From: Perkinsus chesapeaki ATCC PRA-425
Taxonomy: Eukaryota; Protista; Perkinsozoa
DNA length: 64,000 bases
Assembly: GCA_013115145.1 (NCBI GenBank)
Contig: JAAPAO010000107.1
Coordinates: 1 to 64,000 of the forward strand
Reading direction: 5' to 3'
Position 1 is the stretch's first letter. Each line of letters begins with the position of its first letter. The position numbers and the translations under genes are program-made. The notes under the pieces were generated by a model that worked only from the letters and a program-made list of their open reading frames with translations, did no database searches and was not told the origin of the DNA. Positions 23,453-36,582 of this stretch are shown here, piece by piece.

Positions 23453-25057
23453 ATGTCGGAAAAAATAGAAGATGACTTATTCTCTGACCGCGCTCTCAGA
23501 GTCCTGCCATCGCCCCTACAGGAGGAAGAAAGCCGCCAGGTCACTCGGATACAGGACTACTTTAATCGATACGATTTGGAGAATCTTTTAACCGAACTTA
23601 TGGTGGAGCTCGGCAGCCGTATGCCTGATGATCCGACTTTGTTTATGTGTACGTATATCCAAGAATGGTTCAAATGCGTTGGAGAGACTTCGCTTAAACG
23701 CAAGGCGGCTCGTCGAGCTTCAACGGGGAGCTTTCCGGAGAGCAGCTCTGCTGGCGGCACACCAGGGCGGAGCTTGCATGAGCACAAGGCGTCCAGTCCC
23801 TGTTTAAGTTCGCTAGCTCATGATTTCTCTAATGCGGCGCTGAAGAATATGGTGATGGCTCGAGTGACCTTGGAGCTTCAGGCCGAGCCGAATTCTATCA
23901 ACAGTTTTGTGAAGGAATGGATGGAAGATCCCGCCGGCAAAGTGTCCAGACGGCCGAGCTTGGCTCCTAGCAGTGTTGGAAGGAGGCGGCTCAGCACTGA
24001 TAATAGCATTCGCAGTATAAATGATATGTTCGCCAGCAATTGCCCTATGGACACCGAGGAGTTCCCGTACCCGCAAGAAGTCTGCTGTCAAACACTGGAG
24101 GAGCTCACGTCGTGGGATCTCGATTGTCTGGCTCTGACGGAGAAGGAGCTCGCTCGGAATGCGTTCAATCTTTTCCACTGTTGGGGATGCTTTAATGAGA
24201 GTTTGGCGGGCGAGAATGTGATCCAGTTCGCGAAAGTGCAAAGTTTCCTCCTCTCTGTGGTGGCCAATTACAACGTCAACAATCCCTATCACAATTTTAA
24301 ACATGCCTACTCGGTCCTGGCCGCAGTGGCACGAATTCTGAGGGTGTCCGGTGCAGATGTCTTCTGTTCGCCGATAGACGAGGTCGCCTTGCTGATCGGG
24401 GCGCTCACTCATGACGTCGGGCATCAGGGCTTCAACAACGACTACTACATAAAGAGCCGACATGCATTGGCGATTCGGTATAACGATATTGCCGTACTGG
24501 AAAATATGCATGCGGCGAAGACCTTCGAGCTGCTGCTGGATGAGGCTAACAACTTTGTGTCGGACTGGTCAGACGAGCAGTTCGCGGAGTTCCGCAAGAC
24601 CACTATTAATGCCATCTTAGCGACCGATATGAAGGTTCATTTCGACCTTACTACGAAGCTACAGGAGCTGGGGACATCTCTTGGCGAGGTCGATTACGAG
24701 AGCCAAGAAAACCGGGTTTTGGTGCACAAATGCGTTGTCCATGCCGCCGATATCAGCAACCCTGTGCTGCCGACGAAGCAGTATAGGGACTGGTCGTACA
24801 GGGTTATGCTGGAGTTCTATAGGCAGGCCGAGACAGAGAAGAGTCAAGGCCTTCCTTTCGCACCGTTCATGCAGCACCATCCCGATAATGAGCTGGAGTT
24901 CGCCAAGTTGCAACTTGGATTTATTAGCTTTGTGGCAGCTCCGTTGTGGAATGCCATGGCTAATATATGGGATGATTTAAAGGGCAGAAGAGAGCAAATG
25001 GACGAGAATGAAAGATACTTTAAAAAGCTGAAGGAGGATGCTGAAGGAAGATGCTGA
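23453..25057 (+). CDS. Class I 3',5'-cyclic nucleotide phosphodiesterase with an N-terminal D/D (RIIa/Dpy-30-like) motif, intronless
   Basis: NPYHNFKHA, HDVGHQGFNN, LENMHA, LATDMKVHF, HAADISNP, EFYRQ, KLQLGFISFV. Confidence 0.95.
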   Translation: MSEKIEDDLFSDRALRVLPSPLQEEESRQVTRIQDYFNRYDLENLLTELMVELGSRMPDDPTLFMCTYIQEWFKCVGETSLKRKAARRASTGSFPESSSAGGTPGRSLHEHKASSPCLSSLAHDFSNAALKNMVMARVTLELQAEPNSINSFVKEWMEDPAGKVSRRPSLAPSSVGRRRLSTDNSIRSINDMFASNCPMDTEEFPYPQEVCCQTLEELTSWDLDCLALTEKELARNAFNLFHCWGCFNESLAGENVIQFAKVQSFLLSVVANYNVNNPYHNFKHAYSVLAAVARILRVSGADVFCSPIDEVALLIGALTHDVGHQGFNNDYYIKSRHALAIRYNDIAVLENMHAAKTFELLLDEANNFVSDWSDEQFAEFRKTTINAILATDMKVHFDLTTKLQELGTSLGEVDYESQENRVLVHKCVVHAADISNPVLPTKQYRDWSYRVMLEFYRQAETEKSQGLPFAPFMQHHPDNELEFAKLQLGFISFVAAPLWNAMANIWDDLKGRREQMDENERYFKKLKEDAEGRC

Positions 25058-25337
25058 ATCTTGATACCCACATCCACAGCAGCAGCTGTAGCCACACTGT
25101 CTAAAGTGATAAGTTTGCCTCACTATATAACAGCGCCGCCGCCTCAAGCGTCATTTCTGCTCCTTGTTGTACATATATTATTTCCCTAGTGTTAGTAACG
25201 TCACACTGCCTGATGACGGCGACGTCAATAGCAATCTGCTGTTAACAGATTTGACTTGAGTTCCCGATGGGAAAAGATTCTTTGGAGGTTGATTGGTGAC
25301 CCGTGGAGATTTGGAGTGATCGGTTTCATTCATTTTA

Positions 25338-26626
25338 ATGATTCACTCCAGCCGCTTCCAATCATCTTTGGATCTTCCGCGGCTTCAGCCCAAGGGTTGG
25401 GAGAGCAAGATGGCCCTATTGCAGAGGCAATTGGATTCATTGGAGAGGGGCATGCAGTACCTTACGGACAGGCGGAGATTTACTCAGGAAATGTACTCTA
25501 GCGGGTGGAGGCCAGCGTCGATCAATCGAGAGGTCCCGAGTTCGATTCTCGCGCAGAGCGCCTATACCAGCGACTCCGTGAGCAGCTGGTCAAGTGGGGC
25601 ATCTTGCGTGAGCGGTGTGACAACTGGGGTGACACGAGAGGATCGAACGGCCGAATATAAAATAGCTAATGTGATGGAAAGACCTCTGCCGAAAGCCATG
25701 GGTGAAAAAGCGGTACAAGCCGTTGTGGTAAATGAGGGTAGAAAGGCAGGACACGCGCCGCAGGGAAAGGAGGAGAATGAATGGCAAACAGCAGCACGGG
25801 AGTATCGGGAGAATAGGGCTTCCAGTAACGGGGAGGTTACGTTTAGACCGATTAATAACGGTGATCACAAAGGAGAGCAGAAAGCTGTGATTGAAGAAGA
25901 ACATAGGTCTTTTGCGGACATTTTAAGAGAGAAAATTGGAGGCTCCGATGAGCCTTTGGCGAATTTCGGGAAAGATGCAACACTTGTAGGCGGAGCGAAG
26001 CAGGAATTGAAGCCTATCAAAGCGGTGAGGGTGATGGTAGAGGGTGGAAGATTCGAGTGTACAGTTGTTGGAGATAGAGGAGAGAAGGAGAATTATGAAC
26101 TTATGGTAGGAATGGGAACGTCGATGTCCACGAGAATATCGTCCTCTAGCCTATACGGACATATCCCAAATAGCCTTCTAATGCCCAGTATAGGGCAGTA
26201 TCTATTCCGGTTCTGCAAGGGTCTATTCCAACTGTTCGGTATCCTGGCTGGGATCGGAAAGTGTCATGATACTGAAATGTATTCCCACAAGTTATTAAAA
26301 GTTAAATTCTGAGTCTCCATGAAATTCTGTCGTGAAGTTATATTTTTCGGGTATTTCATTATTAAGTTGCGGCGCTGTTGTCAGGTTCGCTACGTAGATG
26401 GCTCCACTGAGTGGGTGAGCATGAAAGAACTGTGGTTCCCATGATGGAGTTGGCAAGATGTGTTGAGTTGGAGTTAGCAGGGCGCTTGGATTCTCAAGGG
26501 GGCATCAAACTGAGCTATTTTGAATCTTTTGGAAGTTATTTTGTATTTGAGGCAACCCCTCATAGCGAAAACGGATTGCGCAAGTTTCTTAATGAGCAAG
26601 CTGCAGGAGGCACAATCTGGGGATAG
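25338..26626 (+). CDS. Hypothetical protein, large first exon plus probable small downstream exons
   Basis: 324-codon ORF with charged, protein-like composition in its first three quarters; further GT-AG-bounded pieces near 26385-26626; no family recognised. Confidence 0.6.
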
Positions 26627-26928
26627 CGAGGTAGGAATCCTATGTGGTGCAAAAGATACGTTATAGCTCCTAGAAAGTTGGAATTTGGATCACTTCCAAA
26701 AACGTCTAGAATCTGTTGGAGTGTCAAAGATACATTATAGGTCAAGTTAGGTATGATCCACCTAAAATACGATTCACCGTCCCTTTGAAATCACTTGAGA
26801 GTATGCGGAACGTTATACAACTACACTTTAGCGTTGGTATACTGTAGACTCTCAAGTTGAGAGCTCATGTGAGGTGAAGAGTCAGAAGTGATGTAGATAA
26901 TAGAACCCGGGCGTGTACTTGTAGAAAT

Positions 26929-29900
26929 ATGAAAGAACGCGTCGATCCCCCTCGCTGGAGGATCCGGCTGTCCTGCCTCCTCGCTGCGGTATTATTCTGC
27001 CATTACCTTCTCTTTGTCTATTTAGATAACAGAGGCTCCTGCCCGTCTCCTGCAGCACCTGGTAGCGATGCCCGATACTTCGGATGCCAGCAATTCAAGG
27101 CCGACTGTTGCCGCAGCGGCTCTGACATCCTCGGAGAGCAACATGGCTGATGATGCTGAAAAGGAGGCGATAGTCTTGTATGATATGGCATCGAAGCAAC
27201 TGGTCTCGAGGTAAAACAGTCGCAGTGTCGAAAAGAAACTGTTCGAGAGATACAACTTCTAATATTGAACGTCCCATGTATAGAAGGGGCTTTTTATGAC
27301 TTAACGTTGAACCTTTTTAAGATGCTACTACAGCGGCTTTTGATCGGCAGTGAATGACTGCTTATATCAGGTCTCTGCCGAGTGGGTTCCCCTCCGCTGA
27401 TGAAGGGGATGCAGAGGGCGCTAGAGAGCACAGCTTCTCCAATAGTGGAGGGGCCATGATGAGCAATATTGCTGGCCACTGTCCTTTATGCAACCAGCGT
27501 ATTACCCACACTCAATCACAGTAGTATCTTTGGCAGTATCCTCGTGAGGTAGTAGGTGTCAGATATGTGGTCCAGAACTACTTTAAAATGCTGCAATTGC
27601 TTTATCGGGCAGTGAAGTCGTCGCGGCCAGCAGCGGACTATCCGTCATCAGAGGAGGCAGACGACAGTTCAATGGGGGAGAGCTCGGAGGAAGTAGTAGG
27701 GCATCTCCCTAGTAAGAGAAATAGACGTCATAGGCATATGACCATGGTAATAAGGGTGGGTAAAGGAGGCGGGTGCCAGCTGATGATGACGGGAATGCTA
27801 TTATTATTAGCATTGCTATATTATCTTCCCTCTGGTGCGCATCTTAAAATGCGAGGAAACTTGGTCCGTGACCGTCGAATATACATTTCTACGTATCGTG
27901 TTGATGGATTGTCGAAATGCACTCTGACGCCACTAGCACGCCAGTGCGGAAAAGCGCCTCTTTCTTCTATAAAACTACTTATTCGTTTTGGAGAATCGGC
28001 TACCATTTTCTCAATTTCAATATTGTTCAGGACCCCAAAGATTTCATGGCCCAAGCACCCGAGGAAATACCCTTGCGAAGAGCTAGCGGCAGAGCATCAT
28101 CCGGTAGAAGTCCTACTGGAGGGTCGTCATCCTCGTCTGGATCCAACAACCCATTTGTGAGGGCTGAGTCTGAGCTGAAGGATATACCTGTGGGGATGCT
28201 TAATAATGGATATTATGAGAGATTCTTCAAGGTGGGGAGGTACCTTGTCTTAATAAAGAGTTCAATAGTTGTGCTGAAATATCATATTTTTATAACGGTT
28301 ATTTACTACCGGTGCTCTCATACTTAAGGTTTATTGCTACACCATGCTTCAATATATTTATCATTGGTATACTATACTTAATATTTTATATCTATACCAG
28401 CACATATTGGGCATTATATTGAGTAGACCTCATTAGTCAGACCGTAGGAACTAATAGCGAATGAGGGTAGGTAGGTTTGTGCTGGTGAGAGATAATTTCA
28501 CCACGTTTCTATATCGTACCTGCTATACTTGTGTCTCTATATGACTTTAATGTTTCTCAGGAATCCCCTCAACGACTCGGTGCTGGCTCCTTCGGAACTG
28601 TATATCATTGCGAGCACGTTATCGATGGGGTAATATTTTTCTACCCCTGTAGGAATCTAATTTCCTGTTATAGGTCATGCTCGGGGATTACGCTGTAAAG
28701 AAGGTGCCAGTGGGTGATAATAGAATATGGCTGAGGAAGGTGGTTAGAGAGGTGAGAAGGGGAAGGAGGGGTAAGTAGTGGAAAAGATGAATGTGGTCGC
28801 CATGGGAAGGAAATCTTCAAGGGACTTCGCCAAATTCCGTCCGAATTTACCACATTTTCAAAGGGTGTATTCTAGTGAGCAATTTACGGTTTTGGGCCTA
28901 GTGAAGTCCGCAGATATTCGATTACGAGATTGCTCACTTCCGTTGGGACATGTCCGTGTAGTGGTTACTTGAATCAACCCGCTTGATATATTGCTATAAT
29001 ACCTAGCACTGTATTTGGTAACCATTATCGAGTCACATCTGACTTGTGTCTCTGATAGTTGTATGGTCTTTACCATGAGAATACTATTCTCCGTATCATT
29101 AGCCATTGACTTGCCAGCGCTCCCCCGGGAAGCAATTGAGGGGAATCTTTTTCCTAGGTAAAGACCTTGGAAAGGATCGCTGCCCATCCAAACATAGTAT
29201 CATATAAGCATAGCTGGTAGGATGGCGGCGGTATTTTGGTTATCACCGCTTGCTGGTGTTCAGGTTGGAGCTACATAGATCTAATGAGTTCTGCCCCTAT
29301 GTACCACATCTCTTCATTCTTATGTCATACTGCGATGGTGGATCTTTGGCTGATAAGATCTTTGGGTAAGAATGACTTGACTTGCTTTCTTTACGAGCTC
29401 GTCGTGTAACTGCATGCGGACATAGTTATACAGCCATCCTATCATATCCAGTTCGATTGATAATACTGATAATAGCCGTTCCATTATGTGTCCTGCTGAG
29501 CTACGTAGGCATCAGTTAATTGTATGTAAATATATCCAACTGCATACTACTACCGTCTGTATCATAAAGTGGGGCGAGGGGAAGCTGCTGGGTATTGAAG
29601 ATCTGGTACTTTTTTCGATTCAGAGCACCCGCGGAGCCGCTCCCTACAGTTGAAGCGGTGAGACTGAGGCGTCGAGGCTTGCTCAAGTTGGAAAGCGGAC
29701 ATGGAGGAGATTCTAACACCAATGGGAGCGGCAGCAGCCAGCAGCAGTACAACGATCCTCATAGACTGTCTGATGGGCAGATCTGGCAATGGTTCATTGA
29801 TATTACTAGAGGTCTGCAGCATCTACATCATTTAGGTGGGAACAGAAGGGGGGGGAATTTTTGTGTAACACGGCAAAGTGAAGAAGTTGGATAGCATTGT

Positions 29901-32109
29901 TCATCCGTAGGCCGTAAACCGTAACTCGCTGGAACTCAGAACAGTCTCTAGTAAAACCGTCATAAGGAAAGATTAACGTCTTTAAGCCTATGATACGAGA
30001 CCTTCGCGCGCTCCGAGCGACTTTCGGGCTTAGGGCCTGGGTCTAAACTTTAGGCGCAGTTTGTCTAATAGCCTCCCTGTAACCTTCCCTGGAGGCAGCG
30101 GCCAGATCACCGATAACTGCTGGGCCGTCAAGTGAGGGCGAAGGTCGTCCGTGACGGCCTCAACCCTCAATTCAAGCACCTGCCTGGTACAGGCTGTACC
30201 GCTTTTATACCAACTGTCATTAAACATCCGAGATAGTATATCACCTATGGCTCACCCTGTTGAAGATGACGAGTGGGTCTTGACTACTCGATCCCGGGTG
30301 GAAGCTGCGACGGATCCGACCTCTGGGCCAGACTCTGGCCGCCAGAGGCTCTGTCTTAGGAAGTGAACTGGCTGCGGTTGGTGAAAGCCTCGACCTTGAT
30401 TGCGTAAAGCTCGGCAGAGAATGTCGCGTTCCGAAATGAAAGTACTCTGATGGGCAATTCGCCGTTGACTCTTGATATTCTCTGACCCAAATGACCCAGT
30501 TCGCTTTGCATTCCCTTGTTGATGCATCATCTGAACTACGTTCATGGCTCTAACTGACGAAGATATCCAACAAATCAAGGATGCTACTTTCCCGGCACCT
30601 GTCCATCATGTACAAGCTAGCTGCCTTGACAGCGACCCCTCATCTTGAGACGCTGTCTTCATCTACCTTAACGCCATGGCTGAGATCCGGCCATTCACTA
30701 CGGCTAATTAGTCCAGACACTTAGTCGGGAACTAAGTTTCCTGTTGGGTTCCGAGCAGATACGATCGATCACCCAAGATCGGTGCGATCTTGCTCACTCA
30801 TAGACTTAACACATTCACAGCCTAAGTCTATCAGACGCAAAATTCGTGCGGTTGTAGGGTTTTTTGGGCGCATGAGAATTTGTACTGTAAGTTTGATTTA
30901 GTTTCATACGTTCAGGAGTGCTCCATAGGGATATAAAGCCTACTAATATTCTGCTCACCTCCGATCCCGATCGTGCTGCTCGTATGGATGGTTCCCATTA
31001 CACTTTAAATGGTGGATGCAAAGGCCTTCGAGCTATGGTTAGCGACTTCGGTACGGCTGAGCTGGCTGGAGGAGGAGGGGATGCTTCGGAGTCCCATACG
31101 GGCTTTACTGGTAAGTCACATTAAATGATTCGGCTCCTGTGTTGTCGGAGTACATGCCTAACAGTATACTTATTTAGTATTACTAAAGTATGCGTACTCG
31201 ATATTGTAACTCTCACGTCCCTGGTAGCACACCACATTACAACTTGGCGATTGGAAAGAATATCATTGGATTTAAGTGGCCTTCCGTCAGGCACAGTTGA
31301 GTTCACCGCACCCGAAGTCCTTCGGGCAGCCTTCCTCGATCCTAAGAGCGTTGCTTATGATGAGCGGTGTGATATGTGGTCACTCGGTATTGTCCTCTAT
31401 GCCATGTGCTACAATCGGGTAAGATCCCATTTTGCAGATGGTATCTTATATATTCCCACTCGGCGATACCCTTCTTGGGGCCATAATTTCATACTGTAAC
31501 TGTTGGACGTTCCAGGGCTTCCAGGGCTGAGGAATGGTAGCGATCTCACTACTGTTCAGGTGCCAGTATATGACAGTGATCCTCAGAAATGTGCCGAGTT
31601 GATAAGAGATTGTGTAAGTGTTATTCTAGGCAATGACCACTATTAAAATACCCCGTAGGAGGACCTTCGTTAATACATTTAAATTTACCATACAATTGTA
31701 TCATTAAAATGGTCGTTATGCAAACACTTGTGAACTTCGAACTCAGCCTAATGTGCAGAAATACTCGGAGTAAAATGCGAGAAAGTGCACCATGCTTAAT
31801 ATCCGAATGGATGGTAGTTGAACTGAAAAATGCTTTTTCCCTCTGAAAAAAGCTGTTTTTTGAGCTTTCTTTCCCCCTCAGCACACTGCTTTAACCGGCC
31901 CTTCTAACCATGCTTCACGGGGTGATTTGCCAATGATGATCCAGGCCTTAACGCAGGTAAGTTTGTAGTGTTGCAAGGTTGAAATACTTACCGAATGAAC
32001 TCGGAATTTTCAGCCTGATCCCCGTCGGCGCCCGAACTGTGATGACGTGCTTGGCCAGCCGCTGGTGAAGGCTATTGCAGAGCAGGTGGCGCATCTAGCG
32101 TTCAACTGA
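26929..32109 (+). CDS. IKS1: IKS1-like Ser/Thr protein kinase, many exons
   Basis: AIVLYDMASKQL, GHCPLCNQ, NYFKML, NNGYYERFF, LGAGSFGTVYHCEHVIDG, LGDYAVKKVPVGDNRIWLRKVVRE, HPNIVSYKHSW, FCPYVPHLFILM, LHRDIKPTNILL, SDFG, TVEFTAPE, DMWSLGIVLY; the YYERFF and KVPVGDN motifs resemble fungal IKS1 as I recall them; start and stop approximate. Confidence 0.8.
30030..30578 (-). mobile_element. Possible degraded Ty3/Gypsy RNase H-region relic in a kinase intron
   Basis: Minus-strand translation GSFGSENIKSQRRIAHQSTFISERDILCRAL...VKTHSSSSTG*AIGDILSR loosely follows the retroelement RNase H pattern (QRxY..ExE.LA..AL ... N..AD.LSR) and contains a stop; sits in a 1.08-kb intron. Confidence 0.35.
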
Positions 32110-32663
32110 AGAAGCTGGTTTTTTATTACAATAACATCGCCGTGTTGATCGATTGACCGCGAATGTACTCTGATTTTCTCGTATGATCTCTCCGAGTGTA
32201 TAATTATGTGAGCCGGAAGAGTTTAGTCGCCTGTTGTTGTTGACGGCGATATTTTGAGTCTGATACCATTGGTTGATATTGCATCCTTGGAGGTCTCTCC
32301 TGTGTATACATTGTCGTTTTTTACTCAAGGATAACAAGGTCGTGTTTGCAAGCAGCTCTGGCCGGACTTAGCTATTATTTTACATAGAGCTATGACATCT
32401 ATAACATTTCGATAACCGATTCACAGGCGATCGGACTTTTCTATGGCATATGAGGTATGTTATTCAACAGCCCTATCGGCAATGCACTCATACGTACCCG
32501 TACGTTGCAATCACTTGCATGAAAGGCTACCTACCACAATGCCACTCTATCCTCCGCACTGCTTATTATACGATCGCTTGGAATACAACTACTCATGTTG
32601 GGGTAATGCCGGTTGTCCCTTTTTCTGTGAGGGGATTAAAAAGCGTAGTTTTCTTTTTGTTAT

Positions 32664-33857
32664 ATGAGTCAACAAGGGGCGGAGAGTCAGGCTCGGGGAT
32701 TGCTGAAGGACCTGCAGCCTTCAAGAGCAGTCCAACGCATATTGGATGGTCTTGGAGATGACGAGATCGATGCTGACTTGGTGGGAAGGGTATGCGCGAA
32801 GCTACGGCGGGAGGAAGATAGCAGAGTGCAGTGCGTTGGAGTGGGGCATATACTCAGGATGGTTGCCAGTGACCACAAGCCTATTATTGGAAACGTTGGT
32901 GTAGGATACAGGGATCGAACCTGCGACCTCTACGATTGGCACTTTCAGTACCTATTGCCGCCGCTGTTGAAGACAGTAACCGATCCCTCCCTCACCGATG
33001 AAGTGGGCGAAGCTGTGAAGTAACAAGCTATTCCTTCTGCGTGAAATGACAGCTTCCTGGGGGGGTTTAGGTTTGATGCCTTTCGCAGCATGGAAAAGTT
33101 GCTGCAACTAGCATTACGAGCTGAACTGGAGCGCTTTGAGGTAAGTCTCGAAGACGGTAAGACATTTTGATCTGTTGTGAGTGGGCTGTCAGGTCCCTTT
33201 GATTGACGCGCTACACAACCGCACGAGCCCGTTGATCACCGGAGACTCTCCCAGTGTTATAGAAATCGCACAAGCTAGGAGCTACTGTCGATGTAGGCCG
33301 GGAAAATATCTTTTGGTCTGAGCTCCTCCTGGTCATTTCTTTCAGGTCTGACGTCCTTGGCAGTTAGACTTCCTTCATCTCGAGAGGCTACGACAAGTCG
33401 GCTGCTGCAGTATATATCTCTGGCTCGTCCAGGAGTCATCGACGAGACTTGCGTTGATTTGGAAGCTTTGATGGCGGCGGATAAGGACGCCAGAGGCCGG
33501 CATCTCACCCGTTGGATGATATTGTGTCTTTCGCAAGTGGAGATCGCTAAGGACCGCGAAGACTGTGATTTGGCATTGCATATTTTGTTGAAGCTGACGG
33601 AGCCTTGTGTGCGAACTAGGATAGAGTTTTACTTGGATGACATTGTGTTGCGGCTGTTGATCTCTTTTTGTCGGTTCGGTTCCACTCCCACGCTCACGCG
33701 GTGCTTGGAGGAACTGAGGGCAGCCTCGGATGAAAAGGTCTGGCACGACGCGGTCACGGATGTCCTCGAGCGATATGGCGATGAGTATGAGCGAGTTGGT
33801 GATTTTGCCGCTTTAATTCGAGCTATTCCTTCTCCAACTATCACACTTGTTTCCTGA
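32664..33857 (+). CDS. Helical-repeat (HEAT/ARM-like) hypothetical protein, multi-exon
   Basis: ORFs 32664-33023 and 33357-33857 with intervening GT-AG-bounded exons; Leu-rich amphipathic helices; a Tti2-like identity is only a guess. Confidence 0.6.
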
Positions 33858-34386
33858 GCCTATCGGCTCTGCGTTGAGTAGTAGCGCCTTTGGATATAAT
33901 AGACAGCTGCTCGTCCTGGCAGGATGGTCCTACAAACGGTTCCTCACTTGTTGGTGACGAGTTGTTGGAAATAGGGCCAGGCGCCGTTGGATAACTTTAC
34001 ATCATCAGAACTCGTTTGTAGAGTGCTTCTCCATGTGAAGCTGTAGTTATAGGTCTATACTGTAATGAAACTGAACGATTAGTTTAGTTGAAATTAAACT
34101 ACTAATGTATGTATTTTGTAAACATTTATACATGAAGTCACAGCGGCTTATCACCTACATAGTGTGTGAAGGGTTAAGACCGAGGAAGATAGGATAGTTG
34201 TCTCGGATGAAGGCGTCCATAAAACAATTATTCAATCGTCATTTGTGGCGTATGGTGTTCGGGTATTGTTTTGTGTACCCAAGTTTTAATGGGTCTCGTT
34301 TGCAGTGCACCGAGCGGCCCCGTTAGAGAACTCGCTCGTTTTATTGTAGAGTTGAATGAGCCGTGCGTCCGATTAGTTTTTAGAGT

Positions 34387-35915
34387 ATGTCTGACCGTGA
34401 AGGCGGAGGGCCCTCGGACCATGCCAGATCTTCTGACGCTCTCCTGGGAGGCTCGTCAACGGCTGCTGTCCACCACCGTCACCTAGAGCACAACCCGCCG
34501 GCTACCATTCTCCGAACCCTTTCCCAAGCTTTTACCGGTCACGCCCATCACCCCGCTGGATCGGGTCGAAATGTAAGATTTTCTTCATTATTTCATTGCA
34601 TTATCATCCTCAGACGCCTGCTGTGTCCCGTGAAGGCACAGCGTCATTAGGTTCCCCACCGGACCCTAACCGTCTTACACGGTATTTCCACGCGATATCT
34701 TCTTCTGCAATATGATCACATTTCAGGAGGGAACGACAGCGGCTGGTGCGTGGCAATTTGGCGGAAGCGTTAGCGACATCTTGTACGGTGTTGGTGACAG
34801 TAAGTGTAGTTAGTCCGCCGCTACTAGTTTTTACGATGCTTAATCTTTCAGGTCGCTGTCTTTGTCCTTGTCGTTGTGTATGCGATGTACCTTTACCTCT
34901 GGGCTTGGGCTATCTGGATAGTCCTCACAAATGACAGGAAAGTACGTTACGTAACAGAACGGAGCTTCCGTTCTTCGCCTCCTATCAGCTGCTATCGGCT
35001 GCTCTTTTGTAGCTGGAGTGTGACGTGCCCTTGATGATGTGGTTGGAAGTGTACATGCTGACCTCCTTATTTCGAGGTGTGTTACAGCGCATGGTCGAGA
35101 CAGCGTATCTGAGGATCTCCTACGGCCAAGACTGGCAGCTCCATGGTGAGCCGGTCTCCATCTTAACCTTCATATCCTCACTCAGCAAACGATGATCCTG
35201 TGAAGCTCGTATTGCTCAAGGGTTTCTTGAACCTCTTTTTTCCGGCCTGGCTGATCTACGGTCAAACTCTGATAGCGACTTCTCACACATGCTCCTCTAC
35301 GGACTCTTCGTTGTAATTGCCACTGTTGTATATAGCTCCATCCGCTTGATTTAAAGGTACACGTGTTCAGCCTGGTTCATCGCAGTGGGCCTTACGATAT
35401 GGTGCGGATTCGGGATCGTTGCATTGTTTGGTGCGACTTTTCTACTGTGGATGGTAGGCATACGTTTGCTCAACGGTATCCCAGATTAGTTGTACGTGTT
35501 GTGTGATCAGGTCCGTACGGGACGGTTGCGTGTGAAACAAGGAGCGTCGGCAGACGTGATTGATAAAATCCCAAGTGTTCAGTAAGCCCACAACATTTTT
35601 CCACTCCCTAGGAAATTGCGCAGGTACGATCCGAATCTTTTCACTGATGATCAAAATGCTTTGGACGCCGACCATCCACTGAATGAATGCTCCATTTGTT
35701 TTCAGAACTACTCGGACTCTTCTGATGAGATCAAGCGTAGGCTAACCCTCCATCATCCCCAGGCAATTTGCTGTGTTTCAGATACGCCGTGTAACCATTA
35801 TTTTCATAAAGATTGTCTGTCCCATTGGCTGAATACAGCTACGACATGTCCACTTTGCCGGTTTGACTTGGAAGACCATTACCATGGCGTCCATCCAGGT
35901 CCAGATAATGTATAG
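34387..35915 (+). CDS. Multi-TM RING-H2 E3 ubiquitin ligase, multi-exon
   Basis: C-terminal CSIC..PCNHYFHKDCLSHWL...CPLC; hydrophobic exons in 34700-35450; ATG 34387. Confidence 0.8.
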
Positions 35916-36582
35916 CTGCTACCCTGCTTCTAGTAACGGTTGTAACCTTTATGCTAACAGTCACTCTCATCTACAGTCTTCTGAGCTCCAACAGAGTGTA
36001 GTGCTTGTCAATTAGCCTTATATCCTCAAATACATGGCAACGACGTAGCCACTGAGGTTATCCCTTTGAGATACCGAGGTTGCATGCTGAAAGCGAGCAT
36101 TCGCCTGAGTGATTGTTGGCCTTGCATCAAAATCCCAGTACATCGTATTCACGAGTTCTCTGATTCACGAGTTCCCTGAAGTTAGGCTAGAACAGGTACT
36201 CCTGTACGCGGGCTCAATGCGACAGGTAAAACTATCAGCCAGAAGCCACGGTTGAGCGCATCCAGTTACTTCGCGCAGTTACCATGGCCACTCTCGCTAA
36301 AGACTATTTGTTCAGTCACAGTACCGCGCGGGAGACCGGCGTTAAGGCTCATCTAACCTGACCTATTTGTGGCCCGTCGCCGCCCCAATTTGTTGGCCTT
36401 GAATGTGTTATAACTAACAACTACTAACCAAACAACTCGACTTCAGTGTACCCTGAACTCACTGAGCGAAACGATTCAGACACATGAGTTATCATATTGA
36501 AACTGTTCGCCTGAAAAGGTGCACCATCGATGAAGGAAATTCATAAATAAATGACTAAGGAGCACTCCTTGAAATAATAGAA

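Noticed and set aside
26929-27150. 73-codon ORF as a type II membrane protein
   Set aside because: The hydrophobic part coincides with a pyrimidine-rich GT..AG intron, and the downstream frame fits the kinase N-terminus.
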